Below, piece after piece: positions 1-8,578 of a stretch of 64,000 nt of DNA. Below the pieces are notes generated by a model. That model did not search any database, was not told where the DNA came from, and saw nothing but the letters and a program-made list of their open reading frames with translations. The stretch lies in the IMG/VR virus record IMGVR_UViG_3300027541_000009, positions 1 to 64,000 of that record. One strand, written 5' to 3'. Positions within the stretch are counted from its first letter, which is position 1; every line of letters begins with the position of its first letter. A program made the translations under genes and the position numbers.

Positions 1-123
1 CATTACAACTCAACAAGCACTCAACGAACAGTGTGGGACTCACTACAACTTCTTCCAAGTTGCTACTGCGGGTGATAATCTTTCCCGTCTTTGCCAAATT
101 AAGAATCAGACAGTGACCGTCAA

Positions 124-327
124 ATGACTTACCAAATCACCCGACAACTTCGTATTCACAACATTGAAGATGATTGGTTCTACCAACTTACTGATGATGG
201 TCAAGGTCTTGTAGAGATTAATCAATACACATCTCACGGAATTGAAGAAACTAAAACAGGGGAACCTTTTCACATTCCCAAAGATTGCCTTGAAACCTTT
301 ATCTCTGTCCTTCAAGAACTGAAATGA
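124..327 (+). CDS. hypothetical early protein
   Basis: ORF in a run of genes coupled by ATGA overlaps. Confidence 0.7.
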   Translation: MTYQITRQLRIHNIEDDWFYQLTDDGQGLVEINQYTSHGIEETKTGEPFHIPKDCLETFISVLQELK

Positions 328-509
328 GATACTACGAAAGTAGAACCTACGAACACCAGTGCGACTTTGATGCTAAAAACAGAGCACAAAAAGCATCACA
401 AGATTACTACAAAAAGTGGATAAATCTTCGTAAAGAAGTTCGTAATCTTGTAAGAGAACAAAACCTCACCATTACTCCTGAATTTTCTAAACTGATTGGA
501 CTGAAATGA
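324..509 (+). CDS. hypothetical protein
   Basis: ATGA overlap with both neighbours. Confidence 0.7.
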   Translation: MRYYESRTYEHQCDFDAKNRAQKASQDYYKKWINLRKEVRNLVREQNLTITPEFSKLIGLK

Positions 510-718
510 CTAACCACATCATTCCCAAAGTCGCATACATTCCTCTGGAATACCATATGTCTGTTGAAGATTTCTTGGAAGTTTGGAAGGATATGGAAAT
601 GGAAGATGAACCAACCCAAGAAGATTATGATACTTTTATTCTTGATAGGGGAAAATCGTATTTTTATGATATGAGAGGTGAGATTGAAAACAACATTCGT
701 TTGATAGAGGACAACTGA
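506..718 (+). CDS. hypothetical acidic protein
   Basis: Coupled ORF; resembles 22884..23081 (EPTQ.DYD and C-terminal LIEDN). Confidence 0.7.
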   Translation: MTNHIIPKVAYIPLEYHMSVEDFLEVWKDMEMEDEPTQEDYDTFILDRGKSYFYDMRGEIENNIRLIEDN

Positions 719-719
719 A

Positions 720-917
720 ATGAAAATGACTAAAGAGGCACAAGCAGTCGCAGATGCTATTGAAGAAGTGAGATTTGACTGGGGTGATATGGAACAATCT
801 CATCCTCATACTATTGCTGTTGCTACTCTTCGTAAAGTTGTAGAAGAACTCAAGTGGATTGGTATTACTGAAAAGAACATTCTTGAACTTGCGAATGAAC
901 TGGAGGAACTGAAATGA
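720..917 (+). CDS. hypothetical protein
   Basis: ORF in coupled run. Confidence 0.7.
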   Translation: MKMTKEAQAVADAIEEVRFDWGDMEQSHPHTIAVATLRKVVEELKWIGITEKNILELANELEELK

Positions 918-1237
918 CTGCCTTCAATTACAAAGGATACGGACGCATCTACACTAATCCAGAAAACATTCAAGATGTAGAACAAATCATTCAAGAACTT
1001 GATGAGTTTGAGTGGGGTTATTATACAGGAGGACTTGTAGCATCTTGGGATATGTATCCAAATGTTGAGTATGTTGGTAAGTTTGAACTGAATGAAGAAA
1101 AGTTCAAACAAATCTGTAAGGAACGAAACATTCCTGTTTTTGTCTTTAATGCTTATGATAATGATTATCCTCGTGGTTATGTCAAAACCTTGAATGTAGA
1201 AGAAATCAAAACACTTTCTTATGGAGAACTGAAATGA
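914..1237 (+). CDS. hypothetical protein
   Basis: ATGA overlaps. Confidence 0.75.
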   Translation: MTAFNYKGYGRIYTNPENIQDVEQIIQELDEFEWGYYTGGLVASWDMYPNVEYVGKFELNEEKFKQICKERNIPVFVFNAYDNDYPRGYVKTLNVEEIKTLSYGELK

Positions 1238-1560
1238 CTATCAAAGTAACTGAACTTCTCAAACTCTTTACCAAAGCAAATCAACTTGATTTGAGTGTTG
1301 AGGTTCGTGAGGACAAAGATGGTGATTATGTAGTTCGTATCTATGAAATGTTCCGTCCAGAAAACTTTGATGAAAAGGCAGTCATCACTCAAAAAGGTGA
1401 AAGTAACTGGAACAAGGATGGTTATAGTTTTGATTATATGATGGATGTTCTTGATGGAATGTTGGAAGAAAAACGACAAGAAGAAATCAAAGAACAAAAA
1501 CGACAAGAACTTCTTGCTCGTTTGACTGATGAAGAAAAAGAACTTCTGGGGGTAAAATGA
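1234..1560 (+). CDS. hypothetical protein
   Basis: ATGA overlaps. Confidence 0.75.
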   Translation: MTIKVTELLKLFTKANQLDLSVEVREDKDGDYVVRIYEMFRPENFDEKAVITQKGESNWNKDGYSFDYMMDVLDGMLEEKRQEEIKEQKRQELLARLTDEEKELLGVK

Positions 1561-1784
1561 CTAACGAAGAAAAACTCAAACTTATCCTCAAGGTTCTCAA
1601 AGAATACGCAGAGGTAAAACACTGCTATGAAGGTCTATTTGGAGATGATTATACTCCAAGTGCTGGTAGTTATGATGATGCCTTTGAGGATGGTTGTGCT
1701 TATGGTGAGATTACCTTTGCCCGCACTATGCTAGAATGTATTGGTGAAAAGTTTGAATACCCTTGTATGAAAGAAAATGACTGA
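1557..1784 (+). CDS. hypothetical protein
   Basis: ATGA overlaps. Confidence 0.7.
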   Translation: MTNEEKLKLILKVLKEYAEVKHCYEGLFGDDYTPSAGSYDDAFEDGCAYGEITFARTMLECIGEKFEYPCMKEND

Positions 1785-2136
1785 ACCTGAACTGGGACAA
1801 ATTTTATTTGGAAATCCCACAGAGGAATATAGTGTTCCTCGTGAGAAATGGATGGGTGGTCCATTCCAAATCTTGATTGATGCGATTACAGAAAAGACAG
1901 GAGAAAAAGATTATGGATACACTCCACATTTCTCCAACGATTTCTTTATCATCCGTCCTTATTATTGGGGTGATGAAGAAGATGAAATGGATAAACCTAA
2001 CTTTGAAATCCCAAGTGAAAACTTCCGTTTGACTTGGTATAAGTATCCTTTTAGGAGTTCTTATGCGAGTGAGAAACTTACTCCAAAGAGGTGGAACGAC
2101 CTGATTCAAAAATGTATTAAGAGTTTGGAAGAATGA
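1777..2136 (+). CDS. hypothetical protein
   Basis: Overlapping ORF in operon. Confidence 0.75.
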   Translation: MTEPELGQILFGNPTEEYSVPREKWMGGPFQILIDAITEKTGEKDYGYTPHFSNDFFIIRPYYWGDEEDEMDKPNFEIPSENFRLTWYKYPFRSSYASEKLTPKRWNDLIQKCIKSLEE

Positions 2137-2318
2137 CTAACAAACTAAAATTTACACAAGTATCACGAGTAATCTGCCCCAAGACTGGTGTTCATCATCT
2201 TGATGCGATTGATGAGAATGGAATACACTGGGTTGCTCAACAAGAAATTGGTGTGGAACGGTGGATTACATACAAAGAAGTTTGGAAAAAAGACCCTCAA
2301 CAACCATTAGACTTATGA
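2133..2318 (+). CDS. hypothetical protein
   Basis: ATGA overlap. Confidence 0.7.
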   Translation: MTNKLKFTQVSRVICPKTGVHHLDAIDENGIHWVAQQEIGVERWITYKEVWKKDPQQPLDL

Positions 2319-2566
2319 CTAAACAATACCCAATAGAAGACTGGGAGTTTGTTGAGGAGATTGAAACATCCTTCAACGACTGGTTTTATGGAAATCATAC
2401 TGAATGGACTTGGACTGTTGAATGGTTTGCGGGAGACTGTTCTGTTGAAGACCCAAAGACCCGTGAAGACCTGATGAGAAAATGGATTTACGCATCGTTC
2501 TATGAGGGTTTTATGCGAGGGAAATATGGTAAAATAGAAGAAGAGGTAGAAAATGATAATAAATAA
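2315..2566 (+). CDS. hypothetical protein
   Basis: Start moved to ATG 2315 (ATGA overlap with upstream stop). Confidence 0.7.
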   Translation: MTKQYPIEDWEFVEEIETSFNDWFYGNHTEWTWTVEWFAGDCSVEDPKTREDLMRKWIYASFYEGFMRGKYGKIEEEVENDNK

Positions 2567-2604
2567 AAGTGTCTATAGGAACCGCAATTCTCTACAGGCA
2601 GATT

Positions 2605-2629
2605 AGGTGCTCTTATGGGCACCTTTTCT
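2605..2629 (+). terminator. intrinsic terminator-like hairpin
   Basis: AGGTGCTC-TTAT-GGGCACCT followed by TTTCT. Confidence 0.6.
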
Positions 2630-2631
2630 AT

Positions 2632-2639
2632 TATAAATA
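2632..2639 (+). promoter_or_regulatory. T4-type late promoter
   Basis: TATAAATA upstream of the endonuclease ATG at 2662. Confidence 0.75.
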
Positions 2640-2661
2640 ATAATGCGGTTTCTGTAGAATA

Positions 2662-3486
2662 ATGATGACTTCACAAAGTCCAAGAATTTACATATACAAA
2701 ATTACCTTTGAGGAAGTTTTGTATTACTATTACGGTGTTCATAAAGAAAAAACATATAATGAGTATTATATGGGTTCTCCTATAACAAACAAATGGTGTT
2801 GGGAACTTTATACTCCAAAGAAACAAATATTGGAATTATTTGAGTTTAGTGATGAAGGTTGGATAAAAGCACAAGAAGTTGAAAAAAGATTAATACGACC
2901 TTTTTTTAATACTGATAAATGGTGTTTGAATGAGGGTTGTGGAGGACAAGTTTCTCTTTCTATTAGAAGAAAAACTGGTAAAAATATCGCAGAAAGAAAT
3001 AAAGAAAAAAATATTGGTATATTTGTTATGACGCAAGAAGAACTATCTAAAGCAGGTAGAAAAGGTGGTAAAATGGGAGCAAGAACACAAATGCAAAATA
3101 AAACTGGAGTGTTTGGTAGAACCAAAGAACAAATGACGGAAGATGGTAAAAAGGGAGCACAAAAAGTAAAAGAACTTGGTATAGGAATATTCTCACTAAC
3201 AAGTGAAGAATTATCTGCCTCTGCTAAAAAAGCATATGCGAATGGACTTGCTAAATTACCAAAAGAAGTAAGAAGTGAATATGGTAGAATGGGAGCAAGA
3301 ACACAGATGAAAAATGGAACTGGTATTTTTTCTTTAACACCAGAACAAAAAAGTGAATTAGCAAAAAGAAATAACGCACAAAGATGGATGTGCCTTGAAA
3401 CTGGTTATGTTTCTAACTCTGGTGGTTTATCAAAATACCAGAAAGCAAAAGGTATTGATACTTCTAAAAGAAAACGAATAGCATAA
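2662..3486 (+). CDS. GIY-YIG (Seg-like) free-standing homing endonuclease
   Basis: N-terminal RIYIYKIT...YYYYGVH...YMGS, downstream E and CLN; basic repeated C-terminal modules. Confidence 0.7.
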   Translation: MMTSQSPRIYIYKITFEEVLYYYYGVHKEKTYNEYYMGSPITNKWCWELYTPKKQILELFEFSDEGWIKAQEVEKRLIRPFFNTDKWCLNEGCGGQVSLSIRRKTGKNIAERNKEKNIGIFVMTQEELSKAGRKGGKMGARTQMQNKTGVFGRTKEQMTEDGKKGAQKVKELGIGIFSLTSEELSASAKKAYANGLAKLPKEVRSEYGRMGARTQMKNGTGIFSLTPEQKSELAKRNNAQRWMCLETGYVSNSGGLSKYQKAKGIDTSKRKRIA

Positions 3487-3544
3487 GGACACTTTACGAA
3501 CTGGAACACGGGCACTTGAAAACGGATGCCCTTTGTCGTATAAT
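3487..3544 (+). promoter_or_regulatory. early promoter with upstream palindromic box
   Basis: GGACAC-N8-CTGGAAC; TTGAAA-N17-TATAAT. Confidence 0.85.
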
Positions 3545-3567
3545 ATTTTCATACACACAGACACCTG

Positions 3568-3756
3568 ATGACTGACGAACAAATCCTTAACCTTGCTGAA
3601 AAGCATCTTGAAGTATTGGTTGATGATTATGAGGGAATAGAGTATTTTTCTTCAACCAAAAAACAAATGGTTGAGTTTGCCCTAAAAATCCACGAAATGG
3701 GTTATAATATGGGAAGAATGGAAGGACTTGAAGTAGGACTGACAAACAATGATTGA
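3568..3756 (+). CDS. hypothetical protein
   Basis: First ORF after promoter. Confidence 0.7.
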   Translation: MTDEQILNLAEKHLEVLVDDYEGIEYFSSTKKQMVEFALKIHEMGYNMGRMEGLEVGLTNND

Positions 3757-4033
3757 AATTGACCCCTCTCTTATTCTCAAATATGATAATCATATTTACT
3801 ATCACGGAGAAAAGTATCAAAAAGTAGAAGAACCCAAAAGTTTTTATGATAAACTCTGGGAAGAACTTGGGAAGAAAGTTGGATATGGTATTGATTGTGA
3901 TGAACTCACTGATAGAGTTATGGATTTGATTAGGAATAATATTCCAGAACCTATGGAAAATAAGTATCACTCTGATGTTCTTCAAGGATATAATACGGCA
4001 CTTAAAGATATAGATTTTAACTTCTATGGATGA
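3749..4033 (+). CDS. hypothetical protein
   Basis: Overlapping ORF. Confidence 0.7.
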   Translation: MIEIDPSLILKYDNHIYYHGEKYQKVEEPKSFYDKLWEELGKKVGYGIDCDELTDRVMDLIRNNIPEPMENKYHSDVLQGYNTALKDIDFNFYG

Positions 4034-4814
4034 TATAATCTTCAAAACCAAAGGCAAAGAAACATTCCGTATTCCTTTTCCAACTCCTGGAACCAAATGT
4101 CCCGAAACTAAACTTGAAGTGAAAGAAATGACTGAATATCAACCAACTCCACAAACACCAGAACAAGTAGATGAAGGTCTGCGTAATGCTTTTAGACAAG
4201 CAATGAAAGATGGTGTGATGGATGCTACTCCTTACCTGAAACAAATGAATTCCAATAAAGAAATTGAACTTCTAAAACAAGAAATCAAAATGCTCAAATC
4301 CAAACTTTCCCTTCTGGAAGAACTGGAAAAAACAAAATCACCAGTAGAAGAAGCATACAAAGAGTGGTGGGGGCAATATCCTGAATTGGAAACTGATTCC
4401 AAGTATGATGATATGAGGTGGCAGGGTTTCCAAGCAGGTTTTCAGGCAGCATATGAAGAGAAGGTAAGAGAAGATGATTATTATAATGAGGTTATTACAC
4501 AAAAAAATACTGAACCACAGTGTCCTGATGAACCAGAGTATTATGATGAAGTAGAATGGGATGAAAAAGATAATCCAAAACCTATGGATGAAGTTGTGAA
4601 TAGATTGGTGAGAAAATACGAAGCACAAAAACTTTTTAATAGATTGGTAGATGAACTTGGTTATGATTTTGATGCTTGTAATGATGTTGTAGATTTGGTA
4701 GAAGATTGGTTGCCGAAAGAACAATCAGCAGCAGGAAGTCAGAATGTAGATACTGAATTACTTGTGGATGGATTTAATCACTGTTTGCAGAAAATGAAGG
4801 AGATGCTACGATGA
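4026..4814 (+). CDS. hypothetical acidic/coiled-coil protein
   Basis: 262-aa ORF with coupled ends. Confidence 0.75.
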   Translation: MDDIIFKTKGKETFRIPFPTPGTKCPETKLEVKEMTEYQPTPQTPEQVDEGLRNAFRQAMKDGVMDATPYLKQMNSNKEIELLKQEIKMLKSKLSLLEELEKTKSPVEEAYKEWWGQYPELETDSKYDDMRWQGFQAGFQAAYEEKVREDDYYNEVITQKNTEPQCPDEPEYYDEVEWDEKDNPKPMDEVVNRLVRKYEAQKLFNRLVDELGYDFDACNDVVDLVEDWLPKEQSAAGSQNVDTELLVDGFNHCLQKMKEMLR

Positions 4815-4993
4815 CTAAACGAAACATAAAACAACAACTCCAGTATTCCTACTATGAGGATATGGAGGATGGTAGAACAATTGAAACGATTGATTATGAT
4901 GCCTTGATTGAAATTATTGATGATTTGTATGATAAAATTGAAACACTTCAAAGAGATAATGAATTTCTAAAATCTTATGCTTGGGAACGATGA
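4811..4993 (+). CDS. hypothetical protein
   Basis: ATGA overlap. Confidence 0.7.
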   Translation: MTKRNIKQQLQYSYYEDMEDGRTIETIDYDALIEIIDDLYDKIETLQRDNEFLKSYAWER

Positions 4994-5172
4994 CTGACGA
5001 ACAAATTGATACAATGCTCCAAATGCATAGGTATCTTATTCATTGTGAGATGAGTTATTTGGTTGATAAAACATTGAACCAAGATGACCGTGCTGCCGAA
5101 CTTCAAGAAAAAGTAAATAACGAAGAATGGACTAAATTTGCTCTATGGTTGAAGAAGATTAGAGATGAATAA
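4990..5172 (+). CDS. hypothetical protein
   Basis: Start moved to ATG 4990 (ATGA overlap). Confidence 0.7.
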   Translation: MTDEQIDTMLQMHRYLIHCEMSYLVDKTLNQDDRAAELQEKVNNEEWTKFALWLKKIRDE

Positions 5173-5977
5173 TGAAATGCCGTGGGTTAATCTCACACAA
5201 GAAGAAGTAGAAGAACTCCGCAGAAAAAAACACGAATTAACGGAATATGGAAAACAGAGGTTGAGAGAACTTATCTACAAACAGGATATGAAAAAAATGG
5301 AAGATGCTGCAAAAGACCTTGTTCTTGAAAATCTTACGCACGAAGAAATGCTTTCTCTTGCTGAACAAAGAGAAGCAGAAAACAAAGCACTTGAAGCATT
5401 AGACAAACTTTATGATGAAAATGGTGAAGGTATGAAACAACTTGCTGAAGATGAAAGAATCAAAGTGATTCAAACCGCTTGTGGTGCGATTGATAAGTAT
5501 TCTGATGCTCTCAAAGCACTTGCTGAAACAGAAAAGGTAGAGTTGCGAGTAGAGTTGGAAGCAAAGAAAAAAGAAAACTTTCAAGAACTTGCTGATGCTT
5601 GTATGAAAGATTATGAACAAAAGTATGGTCGTGATGTATTTCCAGTGGATGAGCATTGGGTGTATATGGTTTCCGAATATTTCGGCACAGGGGAGGGTCA
5701 AACTGTGTGTGTTATGATGACACAGGCAAATCCTGGTCATCCTGAAGATTTTGAAAACTCTACCAATAAGTATGTTGCTTGTACTACACAGCAATATCGT
5801 GCTGTGAGAGCATTCCATGAGCAGTTTGGCACTTGGTATCTTCATGGTCTCAGATTTCTCACTAAAGAAGATTTCTTTAGTGAATATTCATACTACATTC
5901 CTCCAGCAATGATGAAACTTCTCAATAGGAGTTGCTTCAAAGACTTCTACACCCGTGTTCATTACAATTTCTCATAA
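5165..5977 (+). CDS. hypothetical protein, coiled-coil N-terminal half
   Basis: 270-aa ORF. Confidence 0.75.
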   Translation: MNNEMPWVNLTQEEVEELRRKKHELTEYGKQRLRELIYKQDMKKMEDAAKDLVLENLTHEEMLSLAEQREAENKALEALDKLYDENGEGMKQLAEDERIKVIQTACGAIDKYSDALKALAETEKVELRVELEAKKKENFQELADACMKDYEQKYGRDVFPVDEHWVYMVSEYFGTGEGQTVCVMMTQANPGHPEDFENSTNKYVACTTQQYRAVRAFHEQFGTWYLHGLRFLTKEDFFSEYSYYIPPAMMKLLNRSCFKDFYTRVHYNFS

Positions 5978-6273
5978 TGACTTACGACCTAAACCAAGAA
6001 GCAAAACCATTCTCTTACACTCGTGAAGAGTTGTTTGAGTGTATCACAAAGATTATTACTTATCCTCTTGTGATTACTACCGATTCCGAAAGAGCAAAGG
6101 CAGCAGCAATCTTTATGGTTTTCAGTGACTATCTTGGAAACTATACCGAGAGTGATAATAATGGTGGGCATTATGTTTATGAATCTGATGCCACTGACTT
6201 TGAGGGTTATGTGATGGAAAGGTTTGGGTATCTAAACTATGGTGATGCAAGTGCAACGGAGTTGATGCGATGA
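5977..6273 (+). CDS. hypothetical protein
   Basis: TAATG overlap; start at 5977. Confidence 0.7.
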   Translation: MTYDLNQEAKPFSYTREELFECITKIITYPLVITTDSERAKAAAIFMVFSDYLGNYTESDNNGGHYVYESDATDFEGYVMERFGYLNYGDASATELMR

Positions 6274-6455
6274 GTAGATTTCAAGAAAATCCTGATGAGA
6301 TTGTGCTTCAAGACATTCAAATGTTTCATCTTGAAAGTATGAATGAACGCACCCTTTGGATTGGTGTTTATACTGAAGATGACAAAATCTATCACTTAAA
6401 CATTTCTGCTGATGGAGATAAACTACGTTATTATTGGAGCAATGAAACAGTTTAG
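6270..6455 (+). CDS. hypothetical protein
   Basis: ATGA overlap. Confidence 0.7.
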   Translation: MSRFQENPDEIVLQDIQMFHLESMNERTLWIGVYTEDDKIYHLNISADGDKLRYYWSNETV

Positions 6456-6783
6456 AACTTGGTTAGAAGATGCTTGGTGGTCTTGGGGAAATTGTATTAA
6501 CTTTAGGTTTGTCAATTACAATGACAACATAGACAGGTTAGCATTTTTTGAAGAATTGAATGTTGGTTGGTATCAAGAATACATCTATCCTTATGATGAT
6601 TGGTATAATCCAACTATCAGTAAAGAAAGAAAGTTGCGACTGGATGAGGGTATCCCCACAATCTATGTGACTGAAGAGCAATATGATGCTCTGATGGATG
6701 CAATCAATAATCCACCTAAACTTTCGCAAGGACTGATTGATTTAATGAATCGTAAAACACCTTGGGAGACAGAAAATGATTGA
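6442..6783 (+). CDS. protein with DUF1778/TacA-antitoxin-like C-terminus
   Basis: C-terminal IYVTEEQYDALMDAINNPPKLSQGLIDLMNRKTPW; GGAG before ATG 6442. Confidence 0.5.
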   Translation: MKQFRTWLEDAWWSWGNCINFRFVNYNDNIDRLAFFEELNVGWYQEYIYPYDDWYNPTISKERKLRLDEGIPTIYVTEEQYDALMDAINNPPKLSQGLIDLMNRKTPWETEND

Positions 6784-6934
6784 AGTAAAAGAAGAAACTG
6801 ATGGAACATTTACAATCAGTTGGGATGAAAATGACCCAGTAGAGAGTATCCTTAATACTTGGTCTGAAGAAGATTTCAAAAAAGCAATTGAAACAAATTT
6901 AATTAAACTTATGGAAGAGGAAAATAAAATATGA
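6776..6934 (+). CDS. small acidic hypothetical protein (52 aa)
   Basis: Translated by hand: MIEVKEETDGTFTISWDENDP... Confidence 0.65.
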   Translation: MIEVKEETDGTFTISWDENDPVESILNTWSEEDFKKAIETNLIKLMEEENKI

Positions 6935-6972
6935 TATCGATACTCTAACGGGACTATGGAACGTATAGTCAT

Positions 6973-7030
6973 GTGACACTTTTTGTACTGACCCCAACAT
7001 TCCCCGTTGGGGTTCAATCCAGGGTATATT
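6973..7030 (+). promoter_or_regulatory. early promoter of the Ubl/JAB genes
   Basis: GTGACAC-N8-CTGACC box centred 41.5 bp before TATATT. Confidence 0.7.
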
Positions 7031-7090
7031 ACTTGAGTCGGTGGGGGAGGGAACCTCACCAAAACCTGTCCTTCATTTTCAATTTTAATC

Positions 7091-7351
7091 ATGTCTTTCT
7101 TCGATCAAATCCGCACTGCTGATCAATCTGCTCCTGTGACTCTGCTTCTGAATGAAGAAAGCATCACTCTCAATGCAGATCAATTCCGTGGTAAAACTGT
7201 TTCCCAACTGTTCGGAGAGTATGGTCACACTCTTGGGAATGTCTCTCGCATCAACCGTTTTGTTCTCAACGGTGAGGTTGTTCCTGGTGATACCGTAGTG
7301 CGTCCTGGTGAAACTGTGCGGGGTGCAGTTTCTTCCGAAAGCAAAGGTTGA
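7091..7351 (+). CDS. ubiquitin-like (beta-grasp) modifier, PRTRC protein C-like
   Basis: 86 aa; beta-grasp-like pattern (KTVSQLF...FVLNGEVV.GDTVVRPGETV); ends ESKG; first gene of a JAB-E2-E1 cluster. Confidence 0.75.
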   Translation: MSFFDQIRTADQSAPVTLLLNEESITLNADQFRGKTVSQLFGEYGHTLGNVSRINRFVLNGEVVPGDTVVRPGETVRGAVSSESKG

Positions 7352-7372
7352 TCACAATAACTCTGATTTGAA

Positions 7373-7405
7373 ACCACATCAGTTTTTCTGATGTGGTAAT
7401 TTTTT
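7373..7405 (+). terminator. hairpin/terminator after Ubl gene
   Basis: ACCACATCAG-TTTTT-CTGATGTGGT followed by AA and a T run. Confidence 0.7.
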
Positions 7406-7426
7406 ATTATTCTACACACTAAATCA

Positions 7427-8512
7427 ATGACTGCTGTTACTGAAGAAATTCAAGATCAAACTGTCCAACAACAAGAAACTCCTAGTGTTCTTCGCACTCG
7501 TAGAGATGGTGTGTGGGAAATTTATGATGGTCCTTGGGGTTCTTATCTACGGGTAACTGATGATCCCGAAGCAAATGTAGAAATTACCGAAGATCATCTT
7601 AAAAAGTTTGAACTGAAAAAAGATATTCACCGCATCCCTGCAGAACTTTGGGCACGTTGGGTTAAACTTTGTTTCTATTTTGTAGACAAAGTTCCCAACT
7701 CTGTGGAAGTTTCTATTCGTATTCTTCGCAGTCAGGAAGATCCTAGTCAATATCGTTTTCTCGTTCCTCGTCAGAAAGTCTCTGGTGCTTCTGTGCGAGT
7801 GGAAAACTTTGATGAGGCAGTTGATATTGAGACTGGTGAAGAGATCGAACAGTATCCCCCTTCTGGTTGGATTCCTGTAGGATCTTCTCACTCTCACAAT
7901 ACCATGCAAGCATTCTTCTCAGGTATTGATGACAAATATGAACTTGATGATCCTGGTATTCACCTAGTCATCGGTTCAGTTGACACCAAAAACATGAAGT
8001 ATACTATTGCATCTTCTGTTGTTGGAAGTCGTCGTCGGTTTGAGTTGCCTTATGATAATCTCGTAGATGCAACTCCCGTGGAAGGTGTAAATTTCCATCC
8101 TAAAGTGATTGATTATGTTGATTGGTCAACACCTACTGTAGTTACTCCTAAGAAGTCTGGTGGTTCTTTCCTTAAAGTTCCTACCCAATGGACTAAAAAG
8201 GTATCGGATACTCCCAAAAATAACTTCAACAGTATGGAGTATTGGGGTTGGAATGATTCCGATGATTATAATGATCCTTTTTATTGGAATACTTCTTATT
8301 CTAATAAAGATGATGATATGGGTTTAGATTCAGTTAAGATCTGGCACATTACAGATACACTTAATGATTTTATGAATCAGAATAAAACTGAAGTCCACAA
8401 ACTCAATAATCTTAGGGAAGAACTCTATGACTTTTTGAGTGACTTGGAAGTTCTGTTGGATTCTCAAATCGAACAGAACTTCGAAGAACTTATTGAAAGT
8501 AACGTATATTGA
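7427..8512 (+). CDS. JAB/JAMM metallopeptidase (deubiquitinase-like), PRTRC protein A-like
   Basis: Exact H-x-H-x7-S-x2-D motif (HSHNTMQAFFSGID) with an upstream Glu (SVEVS). Confidence 0.88.
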   Translation: MTAVTEEIQDQTVQQQETPSVLRTRRDGVWEIYDGPWGSYLRVTDDPEANVEITEDHLKKFELKKDIHRIPAELWARWVKLCFYFVDKVPNSVEVSIRILRSQEDPSQYRFLVPRQKVSGASVRVENFDEAVDIETGEEIEQYPPSGWIPVGSSHSHNTMQAFFSGIDDKYELDDPGIHLVIGSVDTKNMKYTIASSVVGSRRRFELPYDNLVDATPVEGVNFHPKVIDYVDWSTPTVVTPKKSGGSFLKVPTQWTKKVSDTPKNNFNSMEYWGWNDSDDYNDPFYWNTSYSNKDDDMGLDSVKIWHITDTLNDFMNQNKTEVHKLNNLREELYDFLSDLEVLLDSQIEQNFEELIESNVY

Positions 8513-8520
8513 TATACCCC

Positions 8521-8578
8521 TGGACAGTTTCCGAACTGTCCAGGATTCCCCCATTTAAAGAGAAATGTCTGCTACACT
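8521..8578 (+). promoter_or_regulatory. early promoter overlapping the 5' end of the E2-like ORF
   Basis: TGGACAG-N8-CTGTCCA palindrome centred 41.5 bp before TGC-TACACT. Confidence 0.65.
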
